The notes beneath the pieces were generated by a model that did not search any database, had not been told where the DNA came from, and worked only from the letters and a program-made list of their open reading frames with translations. From the NCBI GenBank assembly GCA_051362555.1, contig JBPQGU010000016.1, positions 1,240,001 through 1,304,000 on the forward strand: 64,000 bases of DNA, given 5' to 3'. Source of the DNA: Lingula anatina (taxonomy: Eukaryota > Animalia > Brachiopoda). The translations under genes and the position numbers were made by a program. Shown in pieces: positions 60,287 to 64,000 of this stretch. Numbering within the stretch: position 1 is the first letter of the stretch; every line of letters starts with the position of its first letter.

Positions 60287-61151
60287 ATGATGAGCGATTT
60301 CCTACGGTTATTCACAACGGACTGTTGCATGGGCTCCTCGAAAGACCTCACTGTTAGTTCCAACGTCTTCCGGCAGGTGGCAGGGCTGCGGGACCAGCTA
60401 CACATCATGCGGTACCTCTTGATATGCAGCATCATAGCAACGGTCCTCTTTCTCATCATCGCTGCTCTTCTCGCGCGCAGACGCTCGCCCGTGCTGCAGC
60501 CCCCGAGGCCAGGTTGTCATGACAACCACCGTGCTAAAGGGACGGGGAAGACGTTTGAGGGAGAGAAGGGCCGCGGTCAAATTCACTGGGACGGCGGCGA
60601 GAGTCAAGCGTCTCTGATCATCCCTGTACCCGGCAAGCCGTGCGTGGAGTGGGACGGTGGAGCCAGCCAGACCGCTCTCTACGCGCAACAAAGTATCCGG
60701 GACTTTAAACTCTCTAAGTGGAAAAAACCTTGTACAAGAAATCTGGTAGGAACTTTTTGTTTTAGTTATATGTTGATTTTCTTTTCGTTCTGTTTGTCAT
60801 TCGTTTTTTCTTTTTCTTTTTTTATTTTTCACTCTTTTATTATATATTTTTACATTTACTTTTTTACGCCTTTTAATTGACTGGTCTTAGACTTTGAGTT
60901 TACTGGTAATAAGTTGTATAATTTCTCATCTAAAGAAAACAAAGAAGTTAAAGAAGACATAATTGTGTTAGACCAAGAAGTGCATGGTTTACAGTGATGA
61001 TTGCCAAAAGTGCGTATTTTAAATACTTAAAATACTTTCTTTTTAGATTCCGCGGCTAAGGGAGGAAATTAAGACGTTGTGGACATCACCGGGCGCCAAA
61101 GCTGGTTTGAACTCTCTAAGATTTACCCCACCAGTCACATACCAGGACTAG
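60287..61151 (+). CDS. Small single-pass membrane protein of unknown function; exons 60287-60745 and 61047-61151
   Basis: GC-rich coding-like block; TM YLLICSIIATVLFLIIAALLA followed by RRR; phase-0 donor CTG|GTAGG and acceptor TTTTAG|ATT giving an open second exon. The 5' end is uncertain. Confidence 0.55.
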
Positions 61152-64000
61152 CTAGGCACAGCATTAAGACATATAGCCATGCCTCAGTAATTGAGAGACG
61201 TAACTCATCCATCTTAAGTCCCCCTCGTCAACCGATTAAAACATTCCTAAATGATTAGGCCTGTTTCAAAATTTCCGATATTATCAAGAGACGTAAATTC
61301 TGTAGGCCTAATTTGTGTTCGTCGAAAAAAAGGTTAAGAACAATCCCATTTTAACACACTATCATGGTACTCATTTCTTTTATTTTTCATTTGTTATCCA
61401 CTCAGATGCTCACATTATCTCTATAATCCTTTTTTAGGAATATATACAAGTCTATAAACTGCTGCAATATTCAATTTACATGTAAAAGAAATAAATTACA
61501 CTATACACCTTATTTGGTATGTTTGTTCACCGTCTCATTTTCCTGAGTTGTCATACTTATGTGCAATCTGCGGACACTCCCTCAGTTTACGCTCTTCCTC
61601 TCCCAAAACAAAACACAATCCATGAATGCGACAGGTGAGCAAAGACTGTCAAACATCTGATTAGTTCCAAAAACTACTCTTGACTATTGCGTTTATAATT
61701 ATTGTTATTTTACCGAAAATTTTATAAATAAATGAATATTTCTAAGTAAATATTCCAGGTTTTATAAATTGATTAATTAATATTATTTTCAACTGTATCA
61801 GTTTTGCAAATTACAATAAAACACTTAAAACATCATCCTGAGGAACCACACCGGAAGTAGTCTTTGAAAAAGAGGCGGGAGTAAATATCCAGTGTCAGTG
61901 GTTGTCTATACATGTACAAGTAGTATACTGTATATCCTTTTCACAGCAAGTTATCTATCTGATTTGAAAACGGAGATTTAAGAAACATGATGTTTGGTAA
62001 GTGAATGGCTTTAGCTGGGATTATGTAATGTTGCGAACCGAACGAACTTGGATTACTTATCGAACGTAATTGCTAACCAGTGAAGTGAACCCGAGTGGCT
62101 AAAGTCACTTATTCTTGTGATAACTACAGTCTAACTAGCAGTGATACACATAAAGGCGGCTGTCACGCCCTGATCAGGGGCGTAGACCGCTTACCTTATA
62201 TTCCACTTATAGGAATCCTGGTACGTCCTCACAACCGCTCCATGATCAATATCCACTATGGCACTATTGCTGAATGTCAGCTATAGTGGTATAATTAAGT
62301 AGGTATGGTATTGGTCAAGGAATGCTCGCAGATTGTGGATTTGACGCCCAAGGTGTGTTCTGTCCGGTGTCTCGTAGTCGAGAGCTAGTCAATTCATATC
62401 ACGCGCTTCTTCAGCGTGTGTCGACACCTGGATGGCGCTTCTTCAAGACAGCCCACAACCGTAACATACTGGTTCACAATCACAACATTCCCCCCCATTT
62501 TATAATATTTTTTTTTAAAAAAGGGACCATCCCAAATTTGTCTATTTTCTAAAAAGGGAATACATACGTTTAAAAATTGAAGGACCAGCCTTGAAATGCT
62601 TGAACTTATAAAAATTTTAATTTAAAAGATTGTTATAAAAATTAAGATTCCCCAAATTCCTTTTAAAACAATATCCCCGAATTCCTTTTAAAAACAATAG
62701 GACCAGCCAATTATATGTTTAAACAAATGGGACCAGCCCATTAATTTAAATGTTATAGTCTTTGGGGATATTTAATAAAATGGTCTCTGGTTTAACTCTG
62801 TATGTTTTTGGAGAGAGTCAATTTAAAATTTAACTACAATCTCCAAGCAGAGTATCAACCAGATTTCGGATCATCACCTTTGGCTGAATAAATGAAAATA
62901 GATGGCATTTTTTATTTATTCACCAGAGTTAACTTGCATTTCTTACCAATTCTCAGTCAAGGGAACCTCTCCATGGGCATACTGGACTAGATCCCCTGTA
63001 TCAGGACTTATACCTAATTCATCCAATTCGGAGAATACCCAGATTTTGATTTATGCAAAGGAAAAGTGCAATTGTGCAATAAACATATAAATAAAATATA
63101 TATATTACATATACACAAATATATACATATATACATACATACATATATACATTTTTTATGCAGGTATTCATCCAAATTGTAAATGAAACTGAGCAAAATT
63201 TGGAAAATGCTAACTTATTTTGGTGATTCTCCCTCTGAGGCATTGAACTGTTAGAACTACCAGAATTCAGATGTTAGCAATCTTTTCTGATTGTAAGTCT
63301 ACTCTCCCCAAACAGGTAGCATTTAGATTGGTGAGTAAACCTCACTATGTTCAGTAGTTCTTGAGGGTTGATACTGTACCAATTGCAGGTATGGCCAACT
63401 CTGATGGTTCAGCCAAAACCTTTTCAATATGACAATTGCACCCTCACAGTCCAAGTCTCAGATAAAAAGTTACTTCCCGGTCAAATGATATGTATACAGA
63501 GGTTGAGAGATTTTATAATGAGATGAGGGATTTCCTCCCCAAAAACATATATATTTTTTTTAATAGAAAGTTATTTTGCTGCTTTTAAATTTTAAATGAT
63601 TTGTTTACTGATAAACTTCAGTTTTAATTTCAAACTGTTTTTAAGTCTACATTTCTTAAATATTTTGATGTGCAATATATTTTTAATATGCACAAACACA
63701 CAAATATAAATATAAATTTACAAATAAGGACTTACACATTTACTGCAAAACTTAAACCTTTATACTGTACCGGAAGAAATAAACTTTATAAATAAATATT
63801 TATTCTATTTTGTGTATCTCTCTAAAACCTCCTTCAGATCAGTGACATGATAAGTGAAATAAGACTTTCCTTTGACCAGAATATCATCTAGATATATGCA
63901 AATTCTGTCTTCCATATGGAACCCCTCTGTAACAGACTTACAAATCCAGAGATAGCAGGGTATTAGTGAGCCCTTAACCCCTTTTCTAGTCCTTATTTTG

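Overview
AT-rich, intron-containing animal DNA, most likely a marine invertebrate (species not assignable from the sequence). The left 39 kb is a tandem array of minus-strand PLAAT/HRASLS (LRAT-domain, NlpC/P60 fold) phospholipase/acyltransferase genes. It holds one intact 4-exon copy (35768-37452), one divergent copy lacking its membrane-anchor exon (1207-2481), two pseudogenes and one remnant. The array is riddled with transposons: a full-length BEL/Pao LTR element with identical LTRs, a second BEL fragment, a solo LTR, a Tc1 (DD34E), a CR1-type LINE holding three nested insertions, a Harbinger derivative, many MITEs and a Maverick/Polinton-type integrase relic. The right 22 kb has a single-coding-exon class A GPCR, a RING-B-box-coiled-coil-NHL TRIM pseudogene, a fibrinogen-domain pseudogene missed by the ORF track, a Mab-21/cGAS-like gene and a small single-pass membrane gene. 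Top observation: once an upstream phase-matched exon is spliced on, the cGAS-like protein has a signal peptide, N-glycosylation sequons, an intact catalytic triad and a GPI/TM-like C-terminus, i.e. a predicted cell-surface or luminal cGAS-like nucleotidyltransferase. Second: the BEL element has no tRNA-type PBS; the PBS position instead pairs with its own predicted transcript 5' end, as in Tf1-type self-priming. All gene models are manual readings without expression data.
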